DNA of 64,000 nucleotides from Candidatus Latescibacterota bacterium (GTDB lineage: Bacteria > Latescibacterota > UBA2968 > GCA-2709665): positions 4,768,001 to 4,832,000 of the forward strand of contig OZ252100.1 in the NCBI GenBank assembly GCA_965248435.1, written 5' to 3'. Below, piece by piece: positions 9,963 to 18,642 of this stretch (the first letter of the stretch is position 1; every line of letters starts with the position of its first letter). A model generated the notes under the pieces. It was not told the DNA's origin, searched no databases, and saw only the letters and a list, made by a program, of their open reading frames with translations. The translations under genes were made by a program, and so were the position numbers.

Positions 9963-10724
9963 ATGGGGAAAGACCTTTCTTTCATAATAGATGACTGGGA
10001 CTTCGACCCGGGTGATATTTGCGCCAGAAAGATTGTCGGTGCCGACGGACGCGAAAAGCTTCAAGTGCGGCTCGACTTGGGATTGTTGCAAATGGAGCTC
10101 GAAGGTCGACCGGATGGGACTCGATTCCGTGGACACGAAACGGTGCTAGACTACTACGTAAGCCGTCTGGAAGGCTACGAGGAGCAGCATGGGTCGGACA
10201 ATGGATTTCGACTCAAGGGGAAGGCTTGCTCCAGATTATGGCAGGAGCGTGTTCAATATTATCACCGTTACATCTGTCTTCTGCGCCTGGAAGACTATAA
10301 AGGCGTCTTGCAGGACACGTCACACGACCTCCAGATTTTCGACCTTGTAAACACCTTCGCCGATGACGACGAGGCCAAACTTTCGTTCGAGCAGTACAGA
10401 CCTTATGTGATCATGATTCACTCGAGGGCGGAGGGCGAGATCTGCTTGAAACAAGGAAACCACGATGGTGCAATTCAGGCAGCCTCGAGCGGAATCGGCA
10501 AGATCCGTTCGTTTTTTGAGGCCTTTGGGGACCCGGAGTTGATAGATGCGAGTGAGGAACTGAAGGCTCTCGAGGCCTGGGGTGAGGAACTGAAAACTTC
10601 TCGACCGATGAGCATGAAGCAGCAGCTTTCACAAAAGCTTATGGAGGCCATTGCAGAGGAAAAATACGAACAGGCCGCGCGGATCCGAGATCGCATCCAA
10701 AGGCTCGAAGGCACAAACTTCTGA
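9963..10724 (+). CDS. Conserved protein with C-terminal UvrB/UvrC (UVR) motif
   Basis: C-terminal LMEAIAEEKYEQAARIRDRI; N-terminal QVRLDLGLLQME..GRPDG. Confidence 0.75.
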   Translation: MGKDLSFIIDDWDFDPGDICARKIVGADGREKLQVRLDLGLLQMELEGRPDGTRFRGHETVLDYYVSRLEGYEEQHGSDNGFRLKGKACSRLWQERVQYYHRYICLLRLEDYKGVLQDTSHDLQIFDLVNTFADDDEAKLSFEQYRPYVIMIHSRAEGEICLKQGNHDGAIQAASSGIGKIRSFFEAFGDPELIDASEELKALEAWGEELKTSRPMSMKQQLSQKLMEAIAEEKYEQAARIRDRIQRLEGTNF

Positions 10725-10731
10725 ACTCCGT

Positions 10732-11697
10732 GTGAATCAATCAGAGAAGCGCGAGGCGATTTCGGTGGCCATTGCAAATTGGAATGGTGCAGCCCACCTT
10801 TCCCACTGCCTCGACGCGCTCTTCTCACAGACTCATCCCCCCGCTGAAGTCATCCTGGTGGATAATGGATCGACCGACGGGTCGAGAGCGTTGGTTCAAA
10901 GCCAATATCCCCAGGTCAGGTTAATCGAGCGGCCGATCAACGAAGGGGTAAGCCGGGGTTACAATCTCGCGATCGCCAATTCCAAGAATCCCTATCTCCT
11001 GATCCTGAACACCGATGTGTTCTTGGATCGGGATTTTTTGTATGAAGCGCTCAAGGCGATCCGCTCTTCTTCAAGCATTGGATGGGTCGCTGCCAAGATT
11101 CACAGCGCAGATACGAATCAGGTTGAGAACGTGGGGTTCTATCTGCGTCCCTGGATATCGGTGGTCAACAGTAAGAACGTTTCGAAGCCGGAGTTTGTCT
11201 TCGCAGCCAGCGGGTCCGCCCTCTTCTGCCGGCGTGAGATGCTTGAGGACATCAGCCTGTCTGGGGAATACTTTGACGAGGCGTTTTTCGCCTACAGAGA
11301 AGAGCTAGACCTGGCATGGCGCGCACAACTACGGGGCTGGCGGTGTCTCTATTGCCCAACCGCTTTGGCGCAACACATTGGATCCGCTTCTCATGGGGGC
11401 GAAGTAAGGGTTATCGATAAGCCTGCATTCCTTCAGCGACACGCGTGGAAGAACCGATATCTCCTGGTCGTAAAAAATGCTTCATACTGGAGTTTGATAG
11501 TCCTTGCTCCGTCGCTGCTGATGCTCGAGCTTCTATCGTGGCCCTACCTCCTTTTCGCGAAGCCGCGGAGTCTCCCTGTTTTCCTTCAAGCCCACAGAGA
11601 ATTCCTCCGGCTTGTCCCCGAAACGCTCGAAAAGAGACGATTTGTACAGCGCGGCAGAAGGGTCAAGGGCTGGAGGATTTTGAAGTTCCTCAGGTGA
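10732..11697 (+). CDS. Glycosyltransferase family 2
   Basis: VILVDNGSTDGS, LNTD, FFAYREELDLAWR. Confidence 0.9.
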   Translation: MNQSEKREAISVAIANWNGAAHLSHCLDALFSQTHPPAEVILVDNGSTDGSRALVQSQYPQVRLIERPINEGVSRGYNLAIANSKNPYLLILNTDVFLDRDFLYEALKAIRSSSSIGWVAAKIHSADTNQVENVGFYLRPWISVVNSKNVSKPEFVFAASGSALFCRREMLEDISLSGEYFDEAFFAYREELDLAWRAQLRGWRCLYCPTALAQHIGSASHGGEVRVIDKPAFLQRHAWKNRYLLVVKNASYWSLIVLAPSLLMLELLSWPYLLFAKPRSLPVFLQAHREFLRLVPETLEKRRFVQRGRRVKGWRILKFLR

Positions 11698-11704
11698 TCC
11701 CGGA

Positions 11705-12862
11705 TTGATCAACATCCTTTTCGTCATAACGCGGCTCGCTGTCGGCGGTGCACCTAAGAGCCTTCTCGCGACCATTAGAGGCCTCGACCGAACGCGGTAC
11801 CGGATTGTCCTGGTTACGGGTCAGCCCAATCCGGACGAGGGCAGCTTGATGGACCTGGCCGCTACACTGAATGTCAAACTGTGCGTCCAGCCCCACCTGC
11901 AAAGAGACATTCACCCAATCCGGGAAGTGAAAGCGTTCTGGCAACTCTACCGCTTCATTCGGCGCGGCCGCTATGAGATCGTTCACACGCATCTCTCCAA
12001 GGCAGGTATCCTCGGGCGTCTGGCCGCGCGTTTTGCGGGTGTCTCTCGCATTGTACATACCTATCACGGGGACGTCTTCGACGCATACTTCAGTCCTATC
12101 AAGAGCCAGCTGCTGCTGGCTGCCGAGCGGATTGTGGGCCTGGCCACAGACCGGTTCGTGGTCGTCAGCGAAGCACTTCAAAAGAGGTATCTTGGCTATA
12201 GAGTAGGGCGGAGTAACACCTATTCGGTTGTACCCAACGGTGTGTCTTCTGAGAAACTCCCCGACAGAGGCTCGGGAACGGGGAACCGAAAGCGCGTGGG
12301 AACGGTGGCCATGCTCTACCCGATCAAGCGGGTGGACCTGTTTCTGGATGTGGCGCGTCGGGTCCTTCGACACCATCCGGAGGTGGAGTTTATCGTCGTA
12401 GGTGGGGGCCCCGAGGAGGCGACGCTCCGGGAGGCCGCGCGCGGTCTTGAAGACCGCATTCGCTTTCTCGGGATTCGGTTGGATGTCTTTGAACTGCTTT
12501 CTACGCTGGACGTGTTCGTCCTGTCCTCGGACTACGAAGGTGCAGGGATTGGCTTGATGGAGGCGATGCTGGTGGGCGTGCCGGTCGTCGCTACGCGGGT
12601 CGGAGGTGTGCCAGAGATCGTGTCTGAGGGGGTGACGGGTCTCCTCGTGCCTAAGGGGGACGGCGATGCGCTGGCCCTTGCCGTCCTGCGATTACTGGAA
12701 GATGCTGACCTCTGCGAACGGATGGGGAGGGCTGCGCGCGAGTTGGCCCCCAAGCGGTTTTCGACCGAAAAGATGGTCGAAAGTCTGGACTCGGTTTACA
12801 GTGACCTAGCAAATCTACGGAGAGCGAATTGGTCATCGTCGCTGGCGCCACAGGCTACATAG
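11705..12862 (+). CDS. Glycosyltransferase family 4 (GT-B)
   Basis: IVHTH..KAG, SDYEGAGIGLMEAM..GVPVVATRVGG. Confidence 0.92.
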   Translation: MINILFVITRLAVGGAPKSLLATIRGLDRTRYRIVLVTGQPNPDEGSLMDLAATLNVKLCVQPHLQRDIHPIREVKAFWQLYRFIRRGRYEIVHTHLSKAGILGRLAARFAGVSRIVHTYHGDVFDAYFSPIKSQLLLAAERIVGLATDRFVVVSEALQKRYLGYRVGRSNTYSVVPNGVSSEKLPDRGSGTGNRKRVGTVAMLYPIKRVDLFLDVARRVLRHHPEVEFIVVGGGPEEATLREAARGLEDRIRFLGIRLDVFELLSTLDVFVLSSDYEGAGIGLMEAMLVGVPVVATRVGGVPEIVSEGVTGLLVPKGDGDALALAVLRLLEDADLCERMGRAARELAPKRFSTEKMVESLDSVYSDLANLRRANWSSSLAPQAT

Positions 12863-13695
12863 GTCGCTTTGTGGTCCAGGCGCTTCGGGAGGCGGGACAT
12901 TCCATCAGGTGTCTGGTCAGAGACAGGGGCAGGTGCAAGGGTTTAGATGGCCCAGACGTCTCGTGTGAAACGGTGGACCTTGAGTGCGAACAGGGGTTGA
13001 GCAAAGCCCTGGCCGGGTGCAAGTCCCTTGTGAGCGCCGCACATATCCGGTTTGCCCCTCAGCTGATTCGTGCGTGTCGCGCCGCAGGTGTCCGACGGGC
13101 CGTATTTCTTAGCTCGACCTGGCTGTTTTCGAAACTCCGGACAAAGGAGGTGTCGTGGGTCGTAGCCGGGGAGGAGGCGGTACAGACCTCCGGTCTCGAC
13201 ACGACGGTGTTTCGTCTCGCGATGACGTATGGCCCTGGGGATGACCGCAACATCTCACGACTTAGGGACTTCGTCCGTCGCCACCGAGTGTTTCCGACCT
13301 TTGGAGACGGCAAGCGACTCGTTCAGCCTGTGTATGTTTCAGACGTTGTTGACGCAGTGACCTCTGCGCTCAACTGTTGCGCGACCGTGGGCAAAGCCTA
13401 CCAGCTCGCGGGTCCGTATCCGATGACTTATAATGAAATGGTAGCTACAGTCTGCAGGACGACCGGCCGGAGCGTCTTGAGCGTATATCTGCCGATCACC
13501 CTTGCTTTGCCCGGAGTCTGGATCTACGAACGGATTTCCAGGGCCCCCAAGCTGAAGGTAGATCAGGTTATTCGCATGAGAGAAGATCGGGCCTTTGACA
13601 TCTCCGAGTCACAAAGGGACCTGGGTTTCTGGCCGATGAGTTTCGAGGAAGGGCTTCGCGAGGCAATGCGGATAAACGGAGAGGACACCCGCTGA
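12829..13695 (+). CDS. NAD(P)-dependent epimerase/dehydratase family protein
   Basis: GATGYIG Rossmann motif, YGPGD, QPVYVSDV. Confidence 0.85.
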   Translation: MVIVAGATGYIGRFVVQALREAGHSIRCLVRDRGRCKGLDGPDVSCETVDLECEQGLSKALAGCKSLVSAAHIRFAPQLIRACRAAGVRRAVFLSSTWLFSKLRTKEVSWVVAGEEAVQTSGLDTTVFRLAMTYGPGDDRNISRLRDFVRRHRVFPTFGDGKRLVQPVYVSDVVDAVTSALNCCATVGKAYQLAGPYPMTYNEMVATVCRTTGRSVLSVYLPITLALPGVWIYERISRAPKLKVDQVIRMREDRAFDISESQRDLGFWPMSFEEGLREAMRINGEDTR

Positions 13696-13696
13696 G

Positions 13697-14731
13697 ATGG
13701 CTTGGTCCCTGGGGATGCTTTTCCTGATCGGGGCAGTGATCGGGTGGATTGTGACGCGGAGCGCAAGGTTCGCCGCATTGCGAGCGGGAATCGTGGACCG
13801 GCCAAATCCGAGGAGCTCTCACGAAGAGCCGACGCCTACGTTGGGCGGGTTAGGGATCGTTCTGGGGGTCTGGTTGGCGCTTTGTCTGGGTTACAGCGTG
13901 TTGAGCCTTCATCCATTGAGGGGCTGGGAAGCGCTATTGGGGAGTACGCTGGTACTGACGCTTCTGGGATACGATGAGGTCAGACCGATGGGGCGTCTTG
14001 CGAAGCTTGCCGTACAGGTCGGGGCCTCGCTATTGCTCGTCGCCTCCGGTGCGGTCTTACACCGAGTCTCTTTCCCGGGCCTGGGTGAAGTGGTTCTGGG
14101 CGAGTTGGCCTTTCCTGTGACCCTGATCTGGTTTGTCGCAGTCCAGAACCTCTACAATTTCATGGATGGAATCGATGGGATCGCCGGGGTAGAGGGCTGT
14201 CTGGTTGCAATCCTGATCGGCGGACTTTCCATCAAGTTCGTCCCGAACCTTGCGCCGTTGTCCTGGGCGCTGGCGGGCGTCACGCTGGGGTTCCTCTTTT
14301 GGAATTTTCCTCCCGCCAAGATCTTCATGGGGGATGTGGGTGGACACTTTCTTGGTTTGATCTTCGGTCTGATGGCGGTAATTGGAGAAGATGCGGGGGT
14401 CCCCTTCGTTGTGATTCTGCTTTTCATGGGAGGCTTCCTTTTCGATTCGATCTATACGATTCTCCGGCGCCTTTTCCTTCGAGAGGATATTACGCAGGCC
14501 CATCGATACCATTTGTACCAACGGCTAAATGCGCTGGGCTGGGCGCAGGCTCGAGTCAGTGTGGTGTATGGCGGGTTCACGCTTCTTTTCGGCGCGGTCG
14601 GATACCTGTGGTTCTATGGACATTTCAGTCAGGCCCTGTGGATGGGCTGCTTCCTGGCTACGCTGATCGTGTCTGGCACACTGTGGCTCGAGTACGAGTG
14701 GCGTCGAAAGTCAGTATCTCGTAGCTCGTGA
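13697..14731 (+). CDS. MraY/WecA-like polyprenyl-phosphate HexNAc-1-phosphate transferase
   Basis: DRPNPRSSH..PTP..GG, NFMDGIDG, AKIFMGDVG, AHRYHLYQRL; many TM helices. Confidence 0.9.
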   Translation: MAWSLGMLFLIGAVIGWIVTRSARFAALRAGIVDRPNPRSSHEEPTPTLGGLGIVLGVWLALCLGYSVLSLHPLRGWEALLGSTLVLTLLGYDEVRPMGRLAKLAVQVGASLLLVASGAVLHRVSFPGLGEVVLGELAFPVTLIWFVAVQNLYNFMDGIDGIAGVEGCLVAILIGGLSIKFVPNLAPLSWALAGVTLGFLFWNFPPAKIFMGDVGGHFLGLIFGLMAVIGEDAGVPFVVILLFMGGFLFDSIYTILRRLFLREDITQAHRYHLYQRLNALGWAQARVSVVYGGFTLLFGAVGYLWFYGHFSQALWMGCFLATLIVSGTLWLEYEWRRKSVSRSS

Positions 14732-14743
14732 AGCGTATCTCGT
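14714..14743 (+). repeat. TCTCGTA-type heptamer repeat (second copy at 37439-37469)
   Basis: GTATCTCGTAGCTCGTGAAGCGTATCTCGT, nearly identical to 37440-37469; supplies the stop codon of the WecA-like gene. Confidence 0.75.
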
Positions 14744-14785
14744 CAGGAAAACACAAAATATTATGGGGTATTCTCTTTCCGAAAC

Positions 14786-16045
14786 ATGAAATTTGAGCAT
14801 CTCATAGCTTTTCGACATATGCGCGCAATGCGCAGACGGAGGCGTGTTTCTCTCGCCGCATTGATTGCTGCCGTGGGCGTCTCGCTTGGCGTCGCTGCAC
14901 TGGTTACCGTGCTGTCTGTGATGAACGGATTCTCTGGAATGATCTGGGACCGTTTGCTTGGAATAAATGCCCACATCACGGTGCGGAAGGCCTACAGCGG
15001 ACGCATCGAGGATTATCAACCCCTGATGAAGACACTGGCGGCCCACAAAGAGGTCATCGGTGCGTCGGCCTTTATTCAATCGGAGGGCTTCGTTCTCAGA
15101 AAGCCTCCGTGGGAAGGCGTCCTAAGCTCGGGGGTATTAATCAGAGGTGTCGATCAGGATGGATTCACGCGCACGAGCGACATCACGAAACATCTCTGGG
15201 CCGGAGAGATAGATCTGACGCGCCATAAAGCAGAGGAAGGTCGATCGGTTTCAGGCCTGCTGATTGGAAGGGTGCTGGCTGACAAGTTGGGGGCGATGCT
15301 GGGATCGGAGATTCGTCTGGGCATTTTGCCCAAAGAAATGCTGATGGGACAGATGCCGCCCCTGCGTCCTTACCGGGTGACGGGGATATTCAACACGGGA
15401 CACTATGAATTCGATTCGGCCCTTGTGTTTATCTCATTGAGAGACGCCCAGCGCGACCTGAATTGGGAGGACGTCGTGACAGGAATCCGGCTCCGTCTGG
15501 ACGACCCCTTCTCCGCAGACCGTGTAGGCCGAGAGCTTCGAGAAGTGCTCAGGGAGGTGGACCCGAGCGTAATTCCTTCTTCCTGGATGTACGAACACGG
15601 GAATCTCTACATATGGATCAAGCTTGAAAAGTGGTTTATGTTCCTGGCGCTGAGCTTGATCGTCGTGGTGGCCAGCTTCAATATTATCAGCATCCTTACG
15701 ATGAATGTTGCCGAACGCAGGCGAGAGATCGGCATTCTGAAGACGATGGGCGTCACGCCGCGAAGCATCGGAAGGATCTTTTCGCTGGAAGGCCTCACGA
15801 TCGGCTGTGCCGGCGTGATCCTTGGGAATTTTATCGGGTTTGTCCTTTGCTGGGTGCAACAGCAGTATCAGCCGCTTCAACTGCCTGGCGATGTTTTCAT
15901 CGTAAATGCGCTGCCTGTGGAGATGCATCTTGTTGACTTTGTCCTGATCTCCGCTTCCGCTCTGTTCCTCTGCTACCTCTTCACCCTCCTGCCTTCCAGA
16001 GACGCGGCTTCTTTCGATCCGGTGGAGGCCATTCGATACGAATAG
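14786..16045 (+). CDS. Lipoprotein-releasing ABC transporter permease (LolC/LolE family)
   Basis: GVAALVTVLSVMNGF, VASFNIISIL, REIGILKTMG, DPVEAIRYE. Confidence 0.92.
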   Translation: MKFEHLIAFRHMRAMRRRRRVSLAALIAAVGVSLGVAALVTVLSVMNGFSGMIWDRLLGINAHITVRKAYSGRIEDYQPLMKTLAAHKEVIGASAFIQSEGFVLRKPPWEGVLSSGVLIRGVDQDGFTRTSDITKHLWAGEIDLTRHKAEEGRSVSGLLIGRVLADKLGAMLGSEIRLGILPKEMLMGQMPPLRPYRVTGIFNTGHYEFDSALVFISLRDAQRDLNWEDVVTGIRLRLDDPFSADRVGRELREVLREVDPSVIPSSWMYEHGNLYIWIKLEKWFMFLALSLIVVVASFNIISILTMNVAERRREIGILKTMGVTPRSIGRIFSLEGLTIGCAGVILGNFIGFVLCWVQQQYQPLQLPGDVFIVNALPVEMHLVDFVLISASALFLCYLFTLLPSRDAASFDPVEAIRYE

Positions 16046-16105
16046 TGTCGCTATCTTCCCGCCGAACACCTATTTCTATCACAAACTCGAGAATCCGAGG
16101 GTGCT

Positions 16106-18526
16106 TTGTCTCCAGGTCGGATTGCAGCATTTGTCCTATGCATAACGTATTTCGCTACTCCCTGTCTTGCCAAGCGGCCGAATGTCCTTCTGATTACGGT
16201 GGACTGTCTGCGACCTGATCACCTAAGCGCTTTTGGATATCGTAGAGAGACGAGCCCGGCCCTGGATCGCTTCGCCCAGGATGGAGTGCTCTTCCAAAAT
16301 GCTGTTTCTTCTTCATCCTGGACTTCCCCGGGACTTATATCGGTTTTGACCGGGCTCTGGGCCCCTACCCACGGCGTAGACGGGAGGGGAAAACGCCTGA
16401 ATCCAGAAACACCCACGATGGCGACTCTGCTCAAGAGTGCGGGCTACGCCGTTCCGGACATACTCTTCCTCTCTTCCATTCCCAACTTCCAGAATCTTGG
16501 ACTGAGCCGTTCCTACCCAGAACGGGAAGAATACCTGCAGAAGGGTGACGAGGTCCTTTTCCGCGCACTGGAGTTTTACCGGGACAGCACCTTTTTCCTG
16601 TTTTATCACTATCGAAACCTGCACCTTCCTTTCAATCCGACACCGCCGTTCGATCGGATGTTTACTCCAGAGGGCTACGACAAGAAGGATTTCGCTCGGA
16701 GTCGTGTCGATGTCATTCGAACTCAGGTGACCATCCCCGTTGGGAGCGTGAATTTCAGTCAAAGAGATCGAGAGTGGATCGTAGGGCTCTACGACGGGCA
16801 GATTCGGGAGATGGATGAAACCTTTTTCGGACCCTTGTACGCTCACTTGAAGCGACTGGGGATCTATGACAGCACGTTGGTCATCGTCACGGCTGACCAC
16901 GGAGAGGAGCTGATGGATCACGGGTTCGTGGGACACCCCTCCACCTCGTTCAAAGGTTCGGCCTTCGATGAAGTCCTCCGGATCCCTCTTGTGATGACCT
17001 GTCCCTCTCTCCTTCGGTCTGGAAGGAGGGTTCAGACGCAAGTGCAAAATGTGGACATCCTTCCGACGGTTCTGGATTTGCTCGATCTATCCGTTCCAGG
17101 GACGGTCCAGGGGCGCTCTCTGCTGCCGCTTGTGCGGGGCGAGGAAACACCTGAGGGCTTCGCGTTTACGGAGACCACTCCCGGCGGGTATCAGGCGACG
17201 CCCGAAATGATGAAGACACGCATCCGCGCCCTGCGTTCGTCCAGATGGAAATTGATTCACACGCACGGACCGGAAGAAAACCGATACGATCTTTACGATC
17301 TTGAGCGCGATCCGGGAGAAAAACAGGACGTATCCGCCGCTCATCCCGAAACCGTCAACGCCATGCGCGAAAGGCTTCATGAATGGGTGTTGAGTTCAGA
17401 ACGACTGCCTCTCGAGCGGGAAGCGTTATCGGCTTCAGCAAAACCTGATGCACTACCGGAACCGATCCAGGTTCTCCAGCCTGCGGACGGGGACACGATT
17501 CGGTACACGGACTCGGAGGGCAAAATCTCGGTCGTATGGGCCGGTCCGTCTGATCTTGTCTATGACATAGAATATCGGGTAGGTGAAGGGGCCTATCACC
17601 TTGAAGGAGATATGCAGGTCGAGGGGACACAGGGGGAGTACGGTCCCTACACGGTCGAGATGTGGGATTTGCTGACCCTCTACAATCCCTGGTCGTTTCG
17701 CGTCACTCTGAATGGAGCTTCTGCGAGCCCCTGGATCACGTTCAGGCTGATTCCGACGAAGCCAGGAGTCCATCCGGGCCTTCTGAGACAGGTGAATACC
17801 TGGGTCGCCACCTGGTGGGTGGAGATCGGTCTACTGCTGGGTGGGATTCTTTCGGGGAGTGCACAACTGACGATACTGTGCCTGAGCGCGTCCGTCGTCG
17901 ACCTGGTATCCATCGTGTTAGTGGGCGCGATCCTGATCGGCCTGTCGAGACCCCTTCTGATTCGCCTGGGCCGCGATCGATTGATCCGCTGGGGACTCGT
18001 TTTGGCCTACACGGCCTTCGTTTATGGGACGCTCGCGATTTTGCCTGAGGTATGGGAGGTGCTGTGGGCGTCGACACAGGGTCGAATCGATTACCTGGGC
18101 GTAATTTTGATGCTTCTGGTCGGACTCGTGTTCTTTGGTTCTCTGGCGCTTCGATGCAGAAAGCCGCTTCCTTTCTTGAGCGCCGTTCCGCTGGCCGCTG
18201 CATACACCCTGCTTTTGCTCGGATTGGGTGATTCCCCGGCCGAGCGTCTGCACCTGGCGGAATACGGCCTTCTTAGCTTTCTGGTCCTCTCAGCGCTCAA
18301 AATTGACTTGCCCCTCCGTCGGGCATATGTTTTGGGATGGATCATTGCCGTCGTCCTGGGGTCGATCGATGAAGGCATCCAGTGGACACTCCCGAACCGG
18401 GTGTTCGAGTGGCGTGATATAGGACTGAATGCGCTTTCCAGCGGATTGGGCATGGCAGTGATTGCGATTTATCAGAGCGCGGGGAGAAAAGCCGTGGATC
18501 GTGGGTCGTCTCAGGTCGTGTCCTAA
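16106..18526 (+). CDS. Sulfatase-like (alkaline phosphatase superfamily) domain fused to a multi-TM VanZ-like domain
   Basis: NVLLITVDCLRPD, SWTSPG..S.LTG, TADHGE; C-terminal ERLHLAEYG...DEGIQWTLPNRVFEWRDIGLN. Confidence 0.75.
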   Translation: MSPGRIAAFVLCITYFATPCLAKRPNVLLITVDCLRPDHLSAFGYRRETSPALDRFAQDGVLFQNAVSSSSWTSPGLISVLTGLWAPTHGVDGRGKRLNPETPTMATLLKSAGYAVPDILFLSSIPNFQNLGLSRSYPEREEYLQKGDEVLFRALEFYRDSTFFLFYHYRNLHLPFNPTPPFDRMFTPEGYDKKDFARSRVDVIRTQVTIPVGSVNFSQRDREWIVGLYDGQIREMDETFFGPLYAHLKRLGIYDSTLVIVTADHGEELMDHGFVGHPSTSFKGSAFDEVLRIPLVMTCPSLLRSGRRVQTQVQNVDILPTVLDLLDLSVPGTVQGRSLLPLVRGEETPEGFAFTETTPGGYQATPEMMKTRIRALRSSRWKLIHTHGPEENRYDLYDLERDPGEKQDVSAAHPETVNAMRERLHEWVLSSERLPLEREALSASAKPDALPEPIQVLQPADGDTIRYTDSEGKISVVWAGPSDLVYDIEYRVGEGAYHLEGDMQVEGTQGEYGPYTVEMWDLLTLYNPWSFRVTLNGASASPWITFRLIPTKPGVHPGLLRQVNTWVATWWVEIGLLLGGILSGSAQLTILCLSASVVDLVSIVLVGAILIGLSRPLLIRLGRDRLIRWGLVLAYTAFVYGTLAILPEVWEVLWASTQGRIDYLGVILMLLVGLVFFGSLALRCRKPLPFLSAVPLAAAYTLLLLGLGDSPAERLHLAEYGLLSFLVLSALKIDLPLRRAYVLGWIIAVVLGSIDEGIQWTLPNRVFEWRDIGLNALSSGLGMAVIAIYQSAGRKAVDRGSSQVVS

Positions 18527-18570
18527 GGGACACGACCGACTCGTCGTTCGTTGATCGGAAAGCAAACTTC

Positions 18571-18624
18571 ACCGCAGAGGCCTGCCCCGGACTTGATCCG
18601 GGGCGCGGAGAACGCAGAGAAAAG
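18571..18624 (+). repeat. CGCAGAG-type repeat carrying a nested 23-bp hairpin
   Basis: ACCGCAGAGG[CCTGCCCCGGACTTGATCCGGGG]CGCGGAGAACGCAGAGAAAAG; uninterrupted version at 39846-39876. Confidence 0.8.
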
Positions 18625-18642
18625 CGATAGGCAGCAGGAGGG

